Below, in pieces: positions 35,484-47,961 of a DNA stretch of 64,000 nucleotides; position 1 is the first letter of the stretch, and the number at the start of each line of letters is the position of its first letter. Both the position numbers and the translations under genes were made by a program. The DNA is from a virus. The notes below the pieces were generated by a model. That model was not told the origin of the DNA. It saw nothing but the letters and a program-made list of their open reading frames with translations, and searched no databases. Location: IMG/VR virus record IMGVR_UViG_3300042319_001830, positions 69,234-133,233 of that record; one strand, written 5' to 3'.

Positions 35484-36496
35484 ATACAAAGAAACTTAGA
35501 ATTTTTGATTTTGATGATACGCTTTTTGAAACAGAAGCTAAAGTTATTATTACTTCAGCCAATAATACTAGTAGACAAATTACCCCGGCTGAATATGCTG
35601 TATATGAACCATTGCCAGGTGATAAGTTTGATTTTAGTCAATTTAATGCTATTATTAATCCTACATTGATTCGTTCAATTGCTAAGCGATTTTATAAAAT
35701 AGTTACATCTACGGATGGTGGTCGTAAGAGTGTGATATTGACGGCTAGGGGATCTGAAGCAGCACCACACATAAAAGATATAATTAGAAAGTACTTTAGA
35801 GTAAACATTGAGGTGGTTACATTGGGCACTGGTGATCCTATGGCCAAAGCTAATTGGATATTGAACAAGATACAAAATGAGGGTTACAATGATATATTCT
35901 TTGTGGATGATAGCAGCAAGAATATATTGGCTACTTATAGAACTATTAGTAACTTGCCTATTAAGTATAAGTTAGTTGATATTACTACCCCAAGAAAATA
36001 TGAGGGTAACAATCTTCCAACTACTAATAGTTTAACTGAGATGTTAAAGAATGTGGTTGATAAAGAAAGAATTAAGAAGGCTTATAAGTATTTTGTGAAT
36101 AAGTTGAATCTACCCAGTGGAAAAATTAAATTAGAATTTGGTAGTTTAGATGGCGATGTACAGGGTAAAGTAAAAGTTGAGGGAGATAAAAATCCATATA
36201 AAATAAAAAGTTATGTGGTTATAATGCGCACAAACAGTCCACATAGTAGTGATGATCAGATCAAGACTTTGGCGCACGAGTTGCATCATATTAGACAGGT
36301 GGAGGATGGTAGATTGAATGTATTTGAAAATAGTTGGGATGGTAAAGTTTATCCTAAATATGACGACGATGATCCCAAAGAAAGAATGTTGCCTTGGGAG
36401 ATTGATGCTCGAATGAATGCCGAGACATTGTATGTGGAATATAACAGATATGCTAGAGAAAAAGGTGCGACTACCAAGATTATAAAGATTAAATAA
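35480..36496 (+). CDS. HAD-family phosphatase fused to a zincin-like domain
   Basis: IFDFDDTLF, LTAR, K and FVDDS; then AHELHH..Q...PWEIDA. Confidence 0.75.
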   Translation: MNTKKLRIFDFDDTLFETEAKVIITSANNTSRQITPAEYAVYEPLPGDKFDFSQFNAIINPTLIRSIAKRFYKIVTSTDGGRKSVILTARGSEAAPHIKDIIRKYFRVNIEVVTLGTGDPMAKANWILNKIQNEGYNDIFFVDDSSKNILATYRTISNLPIKYKLVDITTPRKYEGNNLPTTNSLTEMLKNVVDKERIKKAYKYFVNKLNLPSGKIKLEFGSLDGDVQGKVKVEGDKNPYKIKSYVVIMRTNSPHSSDDQIKTLAHELHHIRQVEDGRLNVFENSWDGKVYPKYDDDDPKERMLPWEIDARMNAETLYVEYNRYAREKGATTKIIKIK

Positions 36497-36497
36497 T

Positions 36498-37634
36498 ATG
36501 TTAATCGATTCGCCACTTGTTAAAGATGGAGTAATGTCTGGATCCAGTGTATTTACTGGATCGGTAAATATAAGACCTAGTGATTTGACTATACAGTCAA
36601 ATGCTGTATATCTAACTTTAGATATTAATACAGGTAAAATAGGAAAATCAACCGATATATCAACAACTACTAGTGGTACATCTGGCGTATCTGGAACAGC
36701 GGGTACAGCAGGTACTAGTGCTACAGCCGGTACCAGTGGTTTGACTGGTTATCCTGGCAGTAGCGGTACAAGCGGTGCGGCAGGAACTATATTGTATACT
36801 GGTAGCACTTATCCTATTACGGCGAGTAGGGCAATTACAGCCAGTTATGCACTAAATGCAAATTCTGGTGGTGGTGTTCAGTTGTATACTGGTAGCACTT
36901 ATCCTATTACTGCCAGTTGGGCGGTAAGTGCTAGTTATGCGGTGTATGCGTTGAGTGGTGGTACCAAATTGTATACTGGTAGCATTTATCCTATAACATC
37001 CAGTTGGGGTATTACTGCTAGTTATGCTTTGAATAGTGGTAATAGTATAGCTGTATTATTTACGTCTTCATTTTTCAAAGGTGAATTATTATCTAAAATA
37101 ACTTGTTCTGCTTATTATTCATATTATCATTTAAGTACTGAAAACAATTTAAATATAAGATTGACTGGTAGTAATACTCCATCTGCTTTTTCTATTAGAT
37201 TGGTGAACAGTGGTAGTGCTAGTAACCGTGTACGATTATCTCCATATAATACTATTGAATGGGCTGGTGTTGCTAGTGGATTTGATAATACTGGGTCCAT
37301 ATTGATGGCGGGTAATCAGGAGTTATTCTTTTCATTTATTTTTTATAATAATGCTGGTATTGGCAGACCTGTAAGCAAGTCTATAGCATTTATCACTGAT
37401 TTAAAGACACCTGGTTTACAAAACAAAACTACAGCTCAAAATTTGTATATATTGGGAGATGGTTTATCAGGAATGGTATCTGGTAGTATAAATGACCCAA
37501 ATACATACATATTTACAGTTGATGGAGGTGGTACTGAACCATCTGTAGCTGGATTAAATAGCAAACCTTTTTGGGGTTGGATGCCAGTGTATGTGGAAGG
37601 ATATGGTAGAAAATTCTTACCTCTATATGAATAA
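36498..37634 (+). CDS. Virion fibre-related protein
   Basis: SGTSG linker and three LYTGS.YPIT.S.A.TASYAL repeats. Confidence 0.6.
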   Translation: MLIDSPLVKDGVMSGSSVFTGSVNIRPSDLTIQSNAVYLTLDINTGKIGKSTDISTTTSGTSGVSGTAGTAGTSATAGTSGLTGYPGSSGTSGAAGTILYTGSTYPITASRAITASYALNANSGGGVQLYTGSTYPITASWAVSASYAVYALSGGTKLYTGSIYPITSSWGITASYALNSGNSIAVLFTSSFFKGELLSKITCSAYYSYYHLSTENNLNIRLTGSNTPSAFSIRLVNSGSASNRVRLSPYNTIEWAGVASGFDNTGSILMAGNQELFFSFIFYNNAGIGRPVSKSIAFITDLKTPGLQNKTTAQNLYILGDGLSGMVSGSINDPNTYIFTVDGGGTEPSVAGLNSKPFWGWMPVYVEGYGRKFLPLYE

Positions 37635-37682
37635 ATAAATATTAAGTATATCTTCTTTCTATTTATAACTATAACATTATCT

Positions 37683-39752
37683 ATGACAAACACACGTGTA
37701 GAAAAAGAACAAATAGTAACATTACACAGAACAGTAAAGGGTTTTTATAAAGCCTCTGTAATGGGCGTTGACGACAATAATCAGGTTAGCGAACAATTTT
37801 CAACAGGCTGGAAACCCAACACAATTTTAAACTGTGGTTTGGACAAAATTGCTTATATGCCATGGGCACAAACATTTCAATTTTGTTTGGTTGGCGATCA
37901 TAAATATGGATCTATGGAACCATTGACGGCTGCTTTTAGTGAAAAGATGTTGAAAAGACCAAGAAAAATTAATGCTTTTTATCTAACAGGCGAAAACAAC
38001 TGCGGTCACAAAATTTCAGGTAGTATGGTTAGATTATATAGAACATTCGATTTCTATAAAGAATTAGACAACACCACATACACCGAATTGGGTTTTAAAG
38101 AAACACCTGCTGCAACTACATTGTTTAGTAAAATTCGTTTGGATCCACCAATTACTTTGCACGCTGGTCAATATCTTCGTGTAAACTACGAACTGCGTGT
38201 AAATATGAGTCCATTTAGCAGTAGCAATGGTGGCAGAATTCCAGCTCAATATCCTTCTTTTACAGGTTGGACAAGTGGTTCATTGGATAGAGAAGCAATT
38301 CAAAAGATTGGTTTGTGTGGCATTGATAGTGGCAGTGGTTTGGCAATTCCTATTGATGAAGGTGGTTTTTGTAACGAACCATTTGCTCCTGGTCAAATCA
38401 GCTTTGGACCTGGGTATGGGTTCGTGAATAGATATTATAATGGTAGTAATGTAAACTATGTTCCTACAGGTTCATTTTTTCCATCTGTAAGTTATGAACA
38501 AAATGTATTCAAAGCAGTTGGTCCACTTGAAGAATTTTATGCAAGCTATCAAAATCCATATCAATTTTTAGATTTGGGTATATCTGCTAGTTTGAGTGTT
38601 TCAACGGGTAGATATAGTGGAAGTTTTTGTATTCCTAATATCGCCGCATATAAACCTAGAAATTATTTCACCAGTGATTTATTTTATCAACTATCTGAAG
38701 CTTTTTCTAGTATCTATGCTGACGCAGGCGCAAATTGGGCAGTTAAACCAGTCAGTGGACCGACGCAAGGCGAGACTACAGAAACTGACGGAACTTATTA
38801 CGTTAGTCAAGCAGTGACAAATTCTCCCTCTAATGGGGTATGGGGATTCAAAACTGGTATAACAATTGCAGATACAGCTGTGTACTATACTTCAGATAAA
38901 TTTCCAAAATTAGATAATTTGTGGACTCCGTATTCTAAAATAGCAACATTAAGCAGTATACCTGGTATAACGCCTAAGTTGAACACTTATAATAACAATA
39001 CTAATTTGTTTAATGATTTCTTTTATGATCCGTCTTTGCAAAATAGTGGCAGTTTGAGTTATCCAAAGTTTCCAAGTAGTTTATTGGTGCCAAGTGGTAA
39101 AGGTACAGGATCAAAGTATGAAATAGTAGAAAGTATGAATACCATTACCACAGATGAGGGTAAAAAAATGGTAGAAGGTAATGGTATTATAGACAAAAAA
39201 ATACCGCTTCATTTCTTTTATTGGGATGATTGGAATCCATATCAAACTACCAATTCATTGGCAAGTATGCCATTGTGGGTAAAACGTACTGGTTGGACAG
39301 GTACATCTTCTCCAACAAGTGGTCGTAAGATTGGTACAAACTATTATGTGCGTGGTAGTAGTTGTTTTCTATCAACATTTAGTGGATCTGCTACATCTTC
39401 ATTTAATGCAAAGGATAGATCTAGAAATTCGACTACCAAGATATATTCGGTTGAATTGCCTATGTATATAAATCCATATACACAAAGTACTTATAGCAGA
39501 GACAAAGTGGTTATTTTTAGCAATGGTGTTGCTAACAATGAAGATATTCCGAACTTATATAGACCAGATCCGTCGGTTGCTCCGTTGTGGAGAACAATTG
39601 GTGTGGGTCCGACGAGTATTAATTTGACACCTGAAGCGATGAATGATGCTGCTAAGAATAATGGTTATGTGTATGTGTTACAAACTGGGCAAACCAAGAG
39701 CAAAGATTATTCATTGAAGATGGTGTTTAGATATACTTGGGGTAGAGGATAA
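37683..39752 (+). CDS. Putative tail/baseplate protein
   Basis: N.ILN.GLD and TELGF...LFSKIRLD.PIT....LRV.YEL patterns; structural-gene context. Confidence 0.5.
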   Translation: MTNTRVEKEQIVTLHRTVKGFYKASVMGVDDNNQVSEQFSTGWKPNTILNCGLDKIAYMPWAQTFQFCLVGDHKYGSMEPLTAAFSEKMLKRPRKINAFYLTGENNCGHKISGSMVRLYRTFDFYKELDNTTYTELGFKETPAATTLFSKIRLDPPITLHAGQYLRVNYELRVNMSPFSSSNGGRIPAQYPSFTGWTSGSLDREAIQKIGLCGIDSGSGLAIPIDEGGFCNEPFAPGQISFGPGYGFVNRYYNGSNVNYVPTGSFFPSVSYEQNVFKAVGPLEEFYASYQNPYQFLDLGISASLSVSTGRYSGSFCIPNIAAYKPRNYFTSDLFYQLSEAFSSIYADAGANWAVKPVSGPTQGETTETDGTYYVSQAVTNSPSNGVWGFKTGITIADTAVYYTSDKFPKLDNLWTPYSKIATLSSIPGITPKLNTYNNNTNLFNDFFYDPSLQNSGSLSYPKFPSSLLVPSGKGTGSKYEIVESMNTITTDEGKKMVEGNGIIDKKIPLHFFYWDDWNPYQTTNSLASMPLWVKRTGWTGTSSPTSGRKIGTNYYVRGSSCFLSTFSGSATSSFNAKDRSRNSTTKIYSVELPMYINPYTQSTYSRDKVVIFSNGVANNEDIPNLYRPDPSVAPLWRTIGVGPTSINLTPEAMNDAAKNNGYVYVLQTGQTKSKDYSLKMVFRYTWGRG

Positions 39753-39769
39753 TTATAAAATAAATTGTT

Positions 39770-39991
39770 ATGGCTTATATTTTAGTAAATACAGGATCTA
39801 TAGCTAATAGTGATACTGCTGATACTATCAGAGTTGGTTTTCATAAAGTGAACAGTAACTTTATTAGTTTAAACACTAGTGGTATTACCAGTTCGCTTAA
39901 TTTGGCTGGTGCTGCTGGAGGTAGTAGTGGATATTATTTACCAATAGTTATAAATGGCACCACGTACAAAATAGTATTGAACAATAATTAG
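39770..39991 (+). CDS. Small virion protein with baseplate-wedge-like N-terminal motif
   Basis: VNTGSIANSDTADTIRVGFHKVNSNF resembles the N.G...NDGTGD..R..F.K.N.NF motif. Confidence 0.55.
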   Translation: MAYILVNTGSIANSDTADTIRVGFHKVNSNFISLNTSGITSSLNLAGAAGGSSGYYLPIVINGTTYKIVLNNN

Positions 39992-40040
39992 TATACCTGA
40001 TTATACATTATACAAAGTACTATTTATATCTTAGTAAATT

Positions 40041-43000
40041 ATGTCTTTAAAGAAGTTAGATTTATTAAGAATTATAACCAGCTCAAATTATCTTTATAAT
40101 TTTAGTTCCAGTTATTCAAATAAAGCATTAACCGCGAGTTATTCTATGAACGGCGGTGCGGGCGGTAGTGGCACATCGGGTACCAGTGGAGCTTCAGGAT
40201 CAAGTGGTTCAAGTGGTCAATCTGGCACAAGTGGTTCGTCTGGAAGCAGCGGTACATCCGCAACTGCAGGTAGTAGTGGAACCAGTGGATCAGGATCTCC
40301 AGGATCAAGTGGTTCAAGTGGAACATCAGGATCAAGTGCTACTGCGGGAAGTAGCGGCACCAGTGGAGTTGGTTCTCCAGGCACAAGTGGTTCAAGTGGA
40401 TCAAGTGGATCAAGTGGATCAAGTGGATCAAGTGGAACATCAGGATCAAGTGGTAGCAGTGGTTCCACAGGATCAAGTGGATCAAGTGGTGCAACTGGTA
40501 CCAGTGGTAGTAGCGGATCAAGTGGTGCAACTGGTACGCCGGGATCAAGCGGTACCAGTGGAGCAGGCGCCGCAGGCACACAAGGCACCAGTGGATCAAG
40601 CGGTGTAAGTGGTACCGCAACTTTGCAAACAGGCAGCTTAGCAAAACAAACCATATTTTACAATGTAATCTCAGGCAGTTCAAACACTATTACCGGCTTA
40701 AATTTAAGCAGCAACAAGTGGGGCGTGGACATCAAAGAGGAGTGGGATGCTAAATCAATAACAGGCGGAGATCAATATTATCCAAGTTGTAGTTTATTGA
40801 TGCATTTAAATGGTACAAATGGAAGCACCACATTTATAGACAACAGTCCGGTTACAAAATCATTTACAGTTAATGGTAATTCACAAATCAGTACTGCTCA
40901 AAGTAAATTTGGAGGAGCAAGTGCTTATTTTGATGGTACCGGTGATTATTTGAGCACAAACAGTTCAAACAATTTCGCATTTGGTACTGGAGATTTTACT
41001 ATTGAATGTTGGATTTATTCATCGGATGTGTCTAACCCAGCTCAACGAGGATTTTTACAAACATCCGATACAGCGGGTGGTTTAAAAACAAGTTATACAA
41101 CTGGTATAACTATACTCCAAGGGTCAACCCCTAGCGCTGGTTTAAGTGGCGCATTAACGGCTAATGTTGCTGGAACAAGTGTTGGTTCGTCAACGGCGGT
41201 AATAACAACAAATACTTGGTATCATATTGCTTTAGTAAGAAATTCAGGAACATCTACATTATATCTTAACGGAACATCAGTTGGTTCAGGAACAACCACA
41301 GGTAATTGTTCTGGAACTTATTTGTCTATTGGTGGATATTACAATACATCATATTTGTATCAAGGTTATTTAGATGAATTAAGAATAACAAAAGGAGTAG
41401 CTAGATATACCACTAATTTTACACCACAAACATCTGAATTTCCCAACACTCAATTTTTAACGCAATATGCGACTAAGTATGTTGGTTTGATTGGCGGATT
41501 GAATGATAAAAGTGTAGATTACGGCGTACAAAAGTTAAGTGACAGTTCACTTAAAGTGGTGAAGATGACGCAGACCACATCACCATTTCCAAGTGGATCA
41601 TTGAGCGCATCTGTTGATAGAGTGTATGTTAATGTGCTTGATTACACTAAAGTTAGTGTGACAAGTAGTTACGCTACCAATGCTTTGACTGCGAGTTATG
41701 TGATGGGAGGCGCAGCTGGATCAAGTGGTACGAGTGGTGCAAATGGCACTAGTGGGTCTAGCGGACAAAGTGGAACAAGTGGAACAAGTGCTACTGCGGG
41801 TAGTAGCGGAACAAGTGGAGTTGGTTCTCCAGGCACTAGTGGTAGTAGTGGTACGAGTGGTGCTTCCGGATCAAGTGGATCTAGTGGTGCTTCTGGAACT
41901 GCTGGTAGCAGTGGAAGTAGTGGTACGAGTGTATCTTTAACAACGGGTAGTTTATATCCTATAACTGCTAGTTGGTCACGTAGAGCTATTACGGCTAGTT
42001 ATGCTTTAACTAGTGCGGGAGGAGGAGGAAGTGGCACAGTGTCTTCTGGCACTGTAAACAGATTGGCTAAATACACAGGCGCAACTACTGTGGGAAGTTC
42101 TGCTATAGTTTATGAAAGTGGGTCAGCATTTATTGGTATAGGTGTAACAGGTAGTTTAGTATCTAGTTTACAAGTGTATCGTAGTGGTAGTAACGCGAGT
42201 GTATTGAAGGTGGATGGTGGTAGTGGCACATTGTTTGAAGTTACTGATAATTTAAGCGGTAGTTTGTTTAACGTTAATGATATCACGGGTTTGCCTATAT
42301 TTGAAGTATTCAGTAACAACCGAATTGTGGCGGGTAAGTATGCTGCAAATGATTTGGTGATTAGTGGTAGCAGAGTTGGTATAGGTACAGCTACACCCCA
42401 AGCAAAGTTGCATATTATAGGAAACATAAGTGGCAGTCAATTTACTTCAAGTAGAAGAAATGCTATAGGTTTTTCTGGTACCGCGAGTTATGCAAGAAGA
42501 TCATTAACCGCGAGTTACGCTTTGAATGCAAGTGGAGGTGGTGGTAGTACATTAAGAACTGGCAGTACATATCCAATTACAAGTAGTTTTGCCAGAAGAG
42601 CTATTACTGCGAGTTTTGCTTTAGCTGGGGGAACAAGATTAAATACAGCTAGTAGATATCCTATAACTGCAAGTAGAGCTATAACAGCTAGTTATGCTTT
42701 ATCTAGTGCGGGTGGTGGGGGAGGTAGTGGTACAGTGTCGTCTGGTACTGTAAATAGATTGGCTAAATATACAGGTGCAACTACTGTGGGAAGTTCAGCT
42801 GTGATATATGAGAGTGGATCTGCTTTTATTGGTATAGGTGTAACAGGCAGCTTAGTGTCTAGTTTACAAGTGTATCGTAGTGGTAGTAACGCAAGTGTAC
42901 TTAAAGTGGATGGTGGAAGTGGTACGTTGTTTGAAGTTACTGATAATTTGAGTGGTAGTTTATTCAATGTAAACGACATTACAGGATTGCCTATATTTGA

Positions 43001-45917
43001 AGTATTTAGCAACAATAGAATTGTGGCGGGTAAGTATGCTGCAAATGATTTAGTAGTTAGTGGTAGCAGAGTGGGCATTGGTACTGCAACTCCAAGTGCT
43101 AAACTACACGTTATAGGAAACATAAGCGGTAGTCAATTTACTTCAAGTAGAAGAAACGCCGTTGGTTTCTTTGGTACTAGTAGTTATTCAAGAAGATCGT
43201 TAACCGCGAGTTATGCTTTGAATGCGAGTGGTGGCGGCGGTGGAAGTAGTGGCACAAGTGGCGCAAATGGTACATCAGGTAGTTCAGGCACAAGTGGATC
43301 AAGTGGCACTAGCGGAAGTAGTGGTGCGAGTGGCACTAGCGGATCAAGTGGTGCGAGTGGTACTAGCGGAAGTAGTGGTGCGAGTGGTACTAGCGGATCA
43401 AGTGGTGCAACTGGTGCAAGTGGATCAAGCGGATCAAGTGGTGCGAGTATATCTGTATCTGGTACAACAAATAGATTGGTTAAATTTACCAGTGCGTCTA
43501 CGATTGGTAATACATCGACTGTACACGAAAGTGGATCTGCATTTTTGGGTGTGGGTGTATCATCAAGTTTAGTATCAAGACTACAAGTTTTCCGCAGCGG
43601 AAGTAATGCTAGTGTACTTAAAGTGGATGGTGGTAGTGGCACACTATTTGAAGTTACTGATAATTTAAGCGGTAGTTTATTCAGTGTTAACACTATAGCA
43701 GGCTTTCCTATACTAGAAGTATTTAGCAACAATAGGATGATTGCTGGTGCTTATGGTTCAAATGCTTTAGTAGTAAGTGCCAGTAGCGTTGGCATAGGTA
43801 TTGCCACACCGAGTACTAAACTACACATTCAGGGAAATGTGAGTGGTAGTCAATTTACATCAAGCAGACGAAATGCTGTGGGTTTTTCTGGTACTGCGAG
43901 TTATGCAAGAAGAACATTGACTGCGAGTTATGCTTTGAATGCAAGTGGTGGTGGTGGTGGTAGTACATTAAGAACTGGCAGTACATATCCAATTACTGCT
44001 AGTAAAACATCAGCAATTGCTGGGGGTACAACCAATAGATTTGTTAAATACACAAATGCTTCTGTTGTGGGTCAATCATTTAGTCCTATTTTTGAAAGTG
44101 GATCTGCTTTTATTGGAGTTGGGCCTATTTCCACCAGTTTAATATCAAGACTGCAAGTATATCGTAGTGGTAGTAATGCTAGTGTATTGAAGGTGGATGG
44201 TGGTAGTGGCACACTATTTGAAGTTACTGATAATTTGAGTGGTAGTTTATTTAGTGTAAATACCATAGCTGGTTTTCCAATATTGGAAGTGTTTAGCAAC
44301 AACCGAATGGTTGCTGGTGCTTATGGTACCAATGCTTTGGTTGTGAGTGCCAGTAGCGTTGGCATAGGTATTGCTACGCCAAGTGCTAAATTACATATAC
44401 AAGGTAACATAAGCGGCAGTCAATTTACTAGTAGCAGAAGAAATGCAGTTGGCTTCTTTGGTACTAGCAGTTATTCAAGAAGAGCGTTGACCGCGAGTTA
44501 TGTATTGGGAGGTGCAGCTGGATCAAGTGGCACAAGTGGCGCAAATGGTACATCAGGCAGTTCAGGTGCAAGTGGCACTGGTGGAAGTAGTGGTACAAGT
44601 GGAACAAGTGGTGCAACTGGTGCAAGTGGAAGTAGTGGAACAAGTGGAAGTAGTGGAACAAGTGGAAGTAGTGGAACAAGTGGTGCAACTGGTACTAGTG
44701 GAAGTAGTGGAACAAGTGGAGTTGGATCTCCTGGCAGTGGTGGAACGAGTGGCACCAGTTCTACCCCAGCTTTATCTTTGGCTCAAACATTTGTGTTAAC
44801 TGCGTCTGTGAGTCAATTTCAATTGACACAAAGCGTGGCTAACAAGGATCAAATATTGGTTATATTAGACGGGTTGGTTCAATCCAGAGTAGGTACTTAT
44901 ACAGTATCAGGTTCCACTTTGACTTTGACCGAAAATGCGCTTTCAGGTTCAAATGTTGATATCAGATATTTTGGTGGGGGTTCTTCTATTAGTAGCAGTT
45001 TTTCAAGAAGAGCATTGACCGCGAGTTATTTGTTGCCTGCTTCAAATAACACAACCAAAGCTATTTTTGGTTATGGTTTAACAAGTGTAGCTGTATCTGT
45101 GACAAATTTAGTGAGTAATACAGGTATAGTTGCAAATGATACAACGGGTGTAGGTACAGCTAGATATCAGATAGCAGCTGCTGGATATGGTGGTGATAAA
45201 GCTATATTTGGTTATGGTACAGATGGTGTATCAATGTTTTCTGTAACAAACTTAGTAAGTAATACTGGTGTGGTTGCGACAAATACAACAGGTGTAGGCA
45301 CAGCTAGAGTTGCTCTTGCAGCTGCGGGATATGGAAGTGATAAAGCTATCTTTGGTTATGGTTATAGTAGTGCGGTTGTATCTATGACAAATTTAGTAAG
45401 TAACACAGGTGTGGTTGCGACAGATACAACAGGCGTAGGTTCTGCTAGAACTAATTTAGCTGCAGCTGGATATGGTACTGATAAAGCTATATTTGGGTAT
45501 GGTGACAGGTTCCCTGCTGGGGTTGTATCTATAACAAATTTGGTAAGTAACGTAGGTGTAGTTGCGACAGATACAACAGGCGTAGGTACTGTACGATATG
45601 ATTTAGCTGCAGCTGGATATGGTACTGATAAAGCTATATTTGGTTATGGTTATAATGGTAGTACTTATTATTCAATAACCAATTTAGTTTCTAACACAGG
45701 TGTGGTTGCTACAGATACAACCGGTGTGGGTACAACTAGACAAACTCCTGCAGCAGCAGTATATGGCAGTGATAAAGCTATATTTGGTTATGGTTCAACT
45801 GGTACGGTTGTATCTATAGTTAATTTGGTAAGTAACACAGGTGTGGTTGCTAATGACACATTGGGAGTGGGTACTGCTAGAAGGTATATAGCAGCAGCAG
45901 GTTATTCGACGACATAA
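40041..45917 (+). CDS. Giant modular tail fibre/adhesin
   Basis: SGS/SGT linkers, one LamG cassette, four VGIG.ATP..KLH shaft repeats and six C-terminal KAIFGYG repeats. Confidence 0.8.
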   Translation: MSLKKLDLLRIITSSNYLYNFSSSYSNKALTASYSMNGGAGGSGTSGTSGASGSSGSSGQSGTSGSSGSSGTSATAGSSGTSGSGSPGSSGSSGTSGSSATAGSSGTSGVGSPGTSGSSGSSGSSGSSGSSGTSGSSGSSGSTGSSGSSGATGTSGSSGSSGATGTPGSSGTSGAGAAGTQGTSGSSGVSGTATLQTGSLAKQTIFYNVISGSSNTITGLNLSSNKWGVDIKEEWDAKSITGGDQYYPSCSLLMHLNGTNGSTTFIDNSPVTKSFTVNGNSQISTAQSKFGGASAYFDGTGDYLSTNSSNNFAFGTGDFTIECWIYSSDVSNPAQRGFLQTSDTAGGLKTSYTTGITILQGSTPSAGLSGALTANVAGTSVGSSTAVITTNTWYHIALVRNSGTSTLYLNGTSVGSGTTTGNCSGTYLSIGGYYNTSYLYQGYLDELRITKGVARYTTNFTPQTSEFPNTQFLTQYATKYVGLIGGLNDKSVDYGVQKLSDSSLKVVKMTQTTSPFPSGSLSASVDRVYVNVLDYTKVSVTSSYATNALTASYVMGGAAGSSGTSGANGTSGSSGQSGTSGTSATAGSSGTSGVGSPGTSGSSGTSGASGSSGSSGASGTAGSSGSSGTSVSLTTGSLYPITASWSRRAITASYALTSAGGGGSGTVSSGTVNRLAKYTGATTVGSSAIVYESGSAFIGIGVTGSLVSSLQVYRSGSNASVLKVDGGSGTLFEVTDNLSGSLFNVNDITGLPIFEVFSNNRIVAGKYAANDLVISGSRVGIGTATPQAKLHIIGNISGSQFTSSRRNAIGFSGTASYARRSLTASYALNASGGGGSTLRTGSTYPITSSFARRAITASFALAGGTRLNTASRYPITASRAITASYALSSAGGGGGSGTVSSGTVNRLAKYTGATTVGSSAVIYESGSAFIGIGVTGSLVSSLQVYRSGSNASVLKVDGGSGTLFEVTDNLSGSLFNVNDITGLPIFEVFSNNRIVAGKYAANDLVVSGSRVGIGTATPSAKLHVIGNISGSQFTSSRRNAVGFFGTSSYSRRSLTASYALNASGGGGGSSGTSGANGTSGSSGTSGSSGTSGSSGASGTSGSSGASGTSGSSGASGTSGSSGATGASGSSGSSGASISVSGTTNRLVKFTSASTIGNTSTVHESGSAFLGVGVSSSLVSRLQVFRSGSNASVLKVDGGSGTLFEVTDNLSGSLFSVNTIAGFPILEVFSNNRMIAGAYGSNALVVSASSVGIGIATPSTKLHIQGNVSGSQFTSSRRNAVGFSGTASYARRTLTASYALNASGGGGGSTLRTGSTYPITASKTSAIAGGTTNRFVKYTNASVVGQSFSPIFESGSAFIGVGPISTSLISRLQVYRSGSNASVLKVDGGSGTLFEVTDNLSGSLFSVNTIAGFPILEVFSNNRMVAGAYGTNALVVSASSVGIGIATPSAKLHIQGNISGSQFTSSRRNAVGFFGTSSYSRRALTASYVLGGAAGSSGTSGANGTSGSSGASGTGGSSGTSGTSGATGASGSSGTSGSSGTSGSSGTSGATGTSGSSGTSGVGSPGSGGTSGTSSTPALSLAQTFVLTASVSQFQLTQSVANKDQILVILDGLVQSRVGTYTVSGSTLTLTENALSGSNVDIRYFGGGSSISSSFSRRALTASYLLPASNNTTKAIFGYGLTSVAVSVTNLVSNTGIVANDTTGVGTARYQIAAAGYGGDKAIFGYGTDGVSMFSVTNLVSNTGVVATNTTGVGTARVALAAAGYGSDKAIFGYGYSSAVVSMTNLVSNTGVVATDTTGVGSARTNLAAAGYGTDKAIFGYGDRFPAGVVSITNLVSNVGVVATDTTGVGTVRYDLAAAGYGTDKAIFGYGYNGSTYYSITNLVSNTGVVATDTTGVGTTRQTPAAAVYGSDKAIFGYGSTGTVVSIVNLVSNTGVVANDTLGVGTARRYIAAAGYSTT

Positions 45918-45932
45918 AGTATATATAATAAT

Positions 45933-47900
45933 ATGCCATTTACAAGATTACGACAATCATTAATTAAGCCAAACGGATCTATAACAGGATCATTAAGTGG
46001 TACCAGTAGTTATTCAAGAAGATCATTGACCGCGAGTTATGCTTTGAATGCAAGTGGCGGTTCAATTAGTTATATTACTGGTTCGCCTGTTGTTGGACAA
46101 TATATTGTTGTGAGTGGTAGTAGTACAACACAGTACGCATTAATACAGAGTGTAAGTAATCCAGAACATTTGTTAGTATCTGTAAATGGTGTTGTACAAA
46201 ATTATAGTTCTAGCTATACAGTAACTGGTTCTACACTTAATTTTTATCAATCATATGATGACGGTGATGAAATTGATGTAAGATTTTTAAATGGTGGTAC
46301 TACCGTACAAACAGGCAGTATTGCAAAACAAACACTTTGGACCAATGTAACCTCAGGTAGCACAAATACTATAAGTGGATTAAGCTTAAGTAGCAACAAG
46401 TGGGATGTAAGCGTGGTGGAAGAATGGGACGCTGCGACATTGGATCAGTACTACAATAGTTGTAGCTTGTTGTGTCATTTTGACAGTATAAATCCTGCGG
46501 GAAGATTTATTGATAATAGCAGAAATAATTTTGCAATCACTTCTAGCGGTGACGCTAAATTAAGCACATCACAATATAAATTTGGAGGAGCAAGTGCATA
46601 TTTTGATGGTACAAATGATTATTTGTTAATACCAGATAACAATGCATTTGAATTAGGTAGTTCGGATTTTACATTAGAATCATTTGTTTATTTTGTAACA
46701 TTACCATCTTCTAATGGACATTACTCCACCATAATATCAAAATGGGCATCAAGTAATAATTCTTATTTTATTTATTTATATAATGCTGCTGGAACTTATC
46801 AATTATATTTAACTTATTCAACTAACGGAACTTCTTCCACAAATTTAGGTGTAAATTGGACTCCCAATGTTGGTCAATGGTATCACATTGCATGCGTAAG
46901 AAGTTCTACAAATATATATTTTTGGGTCAACGGCGTTCAACAAGGCACAACACAATCTATTTCCGGAACGTTATATAATGGTACGGCGCCTTTGGAAATA
47001 GGAGCAAACCTTCTGGGTTCAACAAATACAGTTTTAAATGGATATCTAGATGAATTAAGAATAACAAAAGGTGTTGCTAGGTATACATCTAATTTTACAC
47101 CTCGAAATTCACCATTTCCAAATTCAAGAAATCAAGTGCTTACAAGATATGTGGGATTGGTTGGTGGTATTGATGATAAATATGTGGATTATGGTGTACA
47201 GAAGTTAAGCAACAGTTCGCTTAAATTGACAAGGCTTACATACCCAAATCAACCTATAGTTGGTAGCGGATCATTGAGTGGCAGTGTAAGCAGAGTATAT
47301 GTAAATGTATTGGATTATGATAATGTTTCAATATCTGGCAGTATAAGTAATGCTGTTACTGCTAGTTATGCTGTCACTGCTAGTTATGCTTTGACAAATA
47401 TCACAGAATGTGTTCATTTGGCCAGTACAGTATCATATACTTTACCTAACGCAAATATAGTGATTGTGCCGTTTAATACCGCATTGATTCTACAAAATAT
47501 AACGATTAATGCCACGGCATCAACCGTGAATGGTATTGAAGCTTATCATTGGCGACATTTGAACACTGGAATATTCCGGTTGGTATATCAGGTAAGAGCC
47601 ACAACAGATACATGGAATATGATATCGGTGTGTAAAAATAATAATACTACATTGCCTGTGGGCAACGGATATAGATCAGGAATACCAACAGGAGGTGCAT
47701 GGGGTATATCATTTGAATGTCTATATCGTGTAACTAATACATCAGACAGATTTGGACTTTTTCATTGGGGGGATTCCAACGCTGGTACACAGTTGGCACA
47801 TGCAGGTACTAACCCTCCTAGCACATTTTTTGTTACTCCAGATGTAGGAACGGCTCCTACTACTGGTTATTATAATTCCATTACAATTACAAAGGTCTAA
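45933..47900 (+). CDS. Fibre protein with LamG cassette
   Basis: FDGTNDY...WYHIA.VR...[11 protein letters not shown]; unique C-terminal beta domain. Confidence 0.78.
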   Translation: MPFTRLRQSLIKPNGSITGSLSGTSSYSRRSLTASYALNASGGSISYITGSPVVGQYIVVSGSSTTQYALIQSVSNPEHLLVSVNGVVQNYSSSYTVTGSTLNFYQSYDDGDEIDVRFLNGGTTVQTGSIAKQTLWTNVTSGSTNTISGLSLSSNKWDVSVVEEWDAATLDQYYNSCSLLCHFDSINPAGRFIDNSRNNFAITSSGDAKLSTSQYKFGGASAYFDGTNDYLLIPDNNAFELGSSDFTLESFVYFVTLPSSNGHYSTIISKWASSNNSYFIYLYNAAGTYQLYLTYSTNGTSSTNLGVNWTPNVGQWYHIACVRSSTNIYFWVNGVQQGTTQSISGTLYNGTAPLEIGANLLGSTNTVLNGYLDELRITKGVARYTSNFTPRNSPFPNSRNQVLTRYVGLVGGIDDKYVDYGVQKLSNSSLKLTRLTYPNQPIVGSGSLSGSVSRVYVNVLDYDNVSISGSISNAVTASYAVTASYALTNITECVHLASTVSYTLPNANIVIVPFNTALILQNITINATASTVNGIEAYHWRHLNTGIFRLVYQVRATTDTWNMISVCKNNNTTLPVGNGYRSGIPTGGAWGISFECLYRVTNTSDRFGLFHWGDSNAGTQLAHAGTNPPSTFFVTPDVGTAPTTGYYNSITITKV

Positions 47901-47961
47901 TAATCTAAGATGACAAATTATTTGAATGTGGTAATAAAACGACATTAACTATTTATAGAAT

